Part shown: positions 63,851 to 64,000 of the stretch, one piece after another
Numbering within the stretch: the stretch's first letter is position 1
How the letters are laid out: each line of letters begins with the position of its first letter
Origin: an uncultured Pseudomonadota bacterium
GTDB lineage: Bacteria > Myxococcota_A > Polyangia > Fen-1088
Assembly: GCA_963847705.1 (NCBI GenBank)
Contig: CAWKBC010000014.1
Coordinates: forward strand, 32,001-96,000
DNA: 64,000 nucleotides
Direction: 5' to 3'
Made by a program: the position numbers and the translations under genes
The notes under the pieces: model-generated
Database searches by the model: none
The model's input: only the letters and a program-made list of their open reading frames with translations
What the model was told of the DNA's origin: nothing

Positions 63851-64000
63851 GAGGCCGCCTCGTGCGGGTCGTCTTCGCGCGCGGCGGCCAGATCCGCGGC
63901 CGCTTGCCGCGGCTCCTGTCGGGTGTCGGTGCGGACCCGACCGTCGCGCATCACCACCACCCGCGACGCGTAGGCGGCGACATCCGGCTCGTGGGTCACG
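63847..64000 (-). CDS. ABC transporter ATP-binding protein (C-terminal end only)
   Basis: My translation: VTHEPDVAAYASRVVVMRDGRV...EAAS*; H-loop VTHE; GTGA overlap with the permease start. Confidence 0.85.

Overview
64-kb, very GC-rich (roughly 70%) bacterial chromosomal segment, most likely a myxobacterium (Myxococcota). The taxonomic inference rests on a long TPR-solenoid protein, a receiver-DUF4388-DnaJ-TPR protein, a PilZ-like/PEGA protein, a TraB-like OmpA/TSP3 protein and many sigma54 promoters. Housekeeping content: glmU, ino1, rpsB-tsf-pyrH-frr, ilvB-ilvN, hemD, grxD-bolA, pheA divergent from a FAH-maiA pair, and a Mac-type ABC/TolC exporter. Accessory content: a lower-GC DUF433/PIN toxin-antitoxin pair, phospholipase C, a sulfatase-like protein, a GH-A clan glycoside hydrolase and several lipoproteins. 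No rRNA, tRNA, CRISPR, transposase or integrase was seen. The most striking observation is a compact regulatory circuit at 50.8-53.5 kb with no flagellar genes in the window. Two FleQ-type boxes and a sigma54 promoter precede fliA, and matching sigma28-type promoters precede flgM and a FleQ-like bEBP that lacks GAFTGA but keeps its HTH. Also notable: an inverted pair of ~160-bp hairpin elements with covarying 28-bp stems (23.2-23.6 kb), a dispersed ~78-bp REP-like family, an A-tract/C-run tandem repeat beside a long hairpin (10.96-11.29 kb), a frameshifted ferritin-like gene, a sigma54-driven operon of two beta-propeller lipoproteins plus a beta-barrel, near-leaderless promoter geometry, and several apparent pseudo-enzymes. 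All calls come from reading motifs by eye; no database searches were run.
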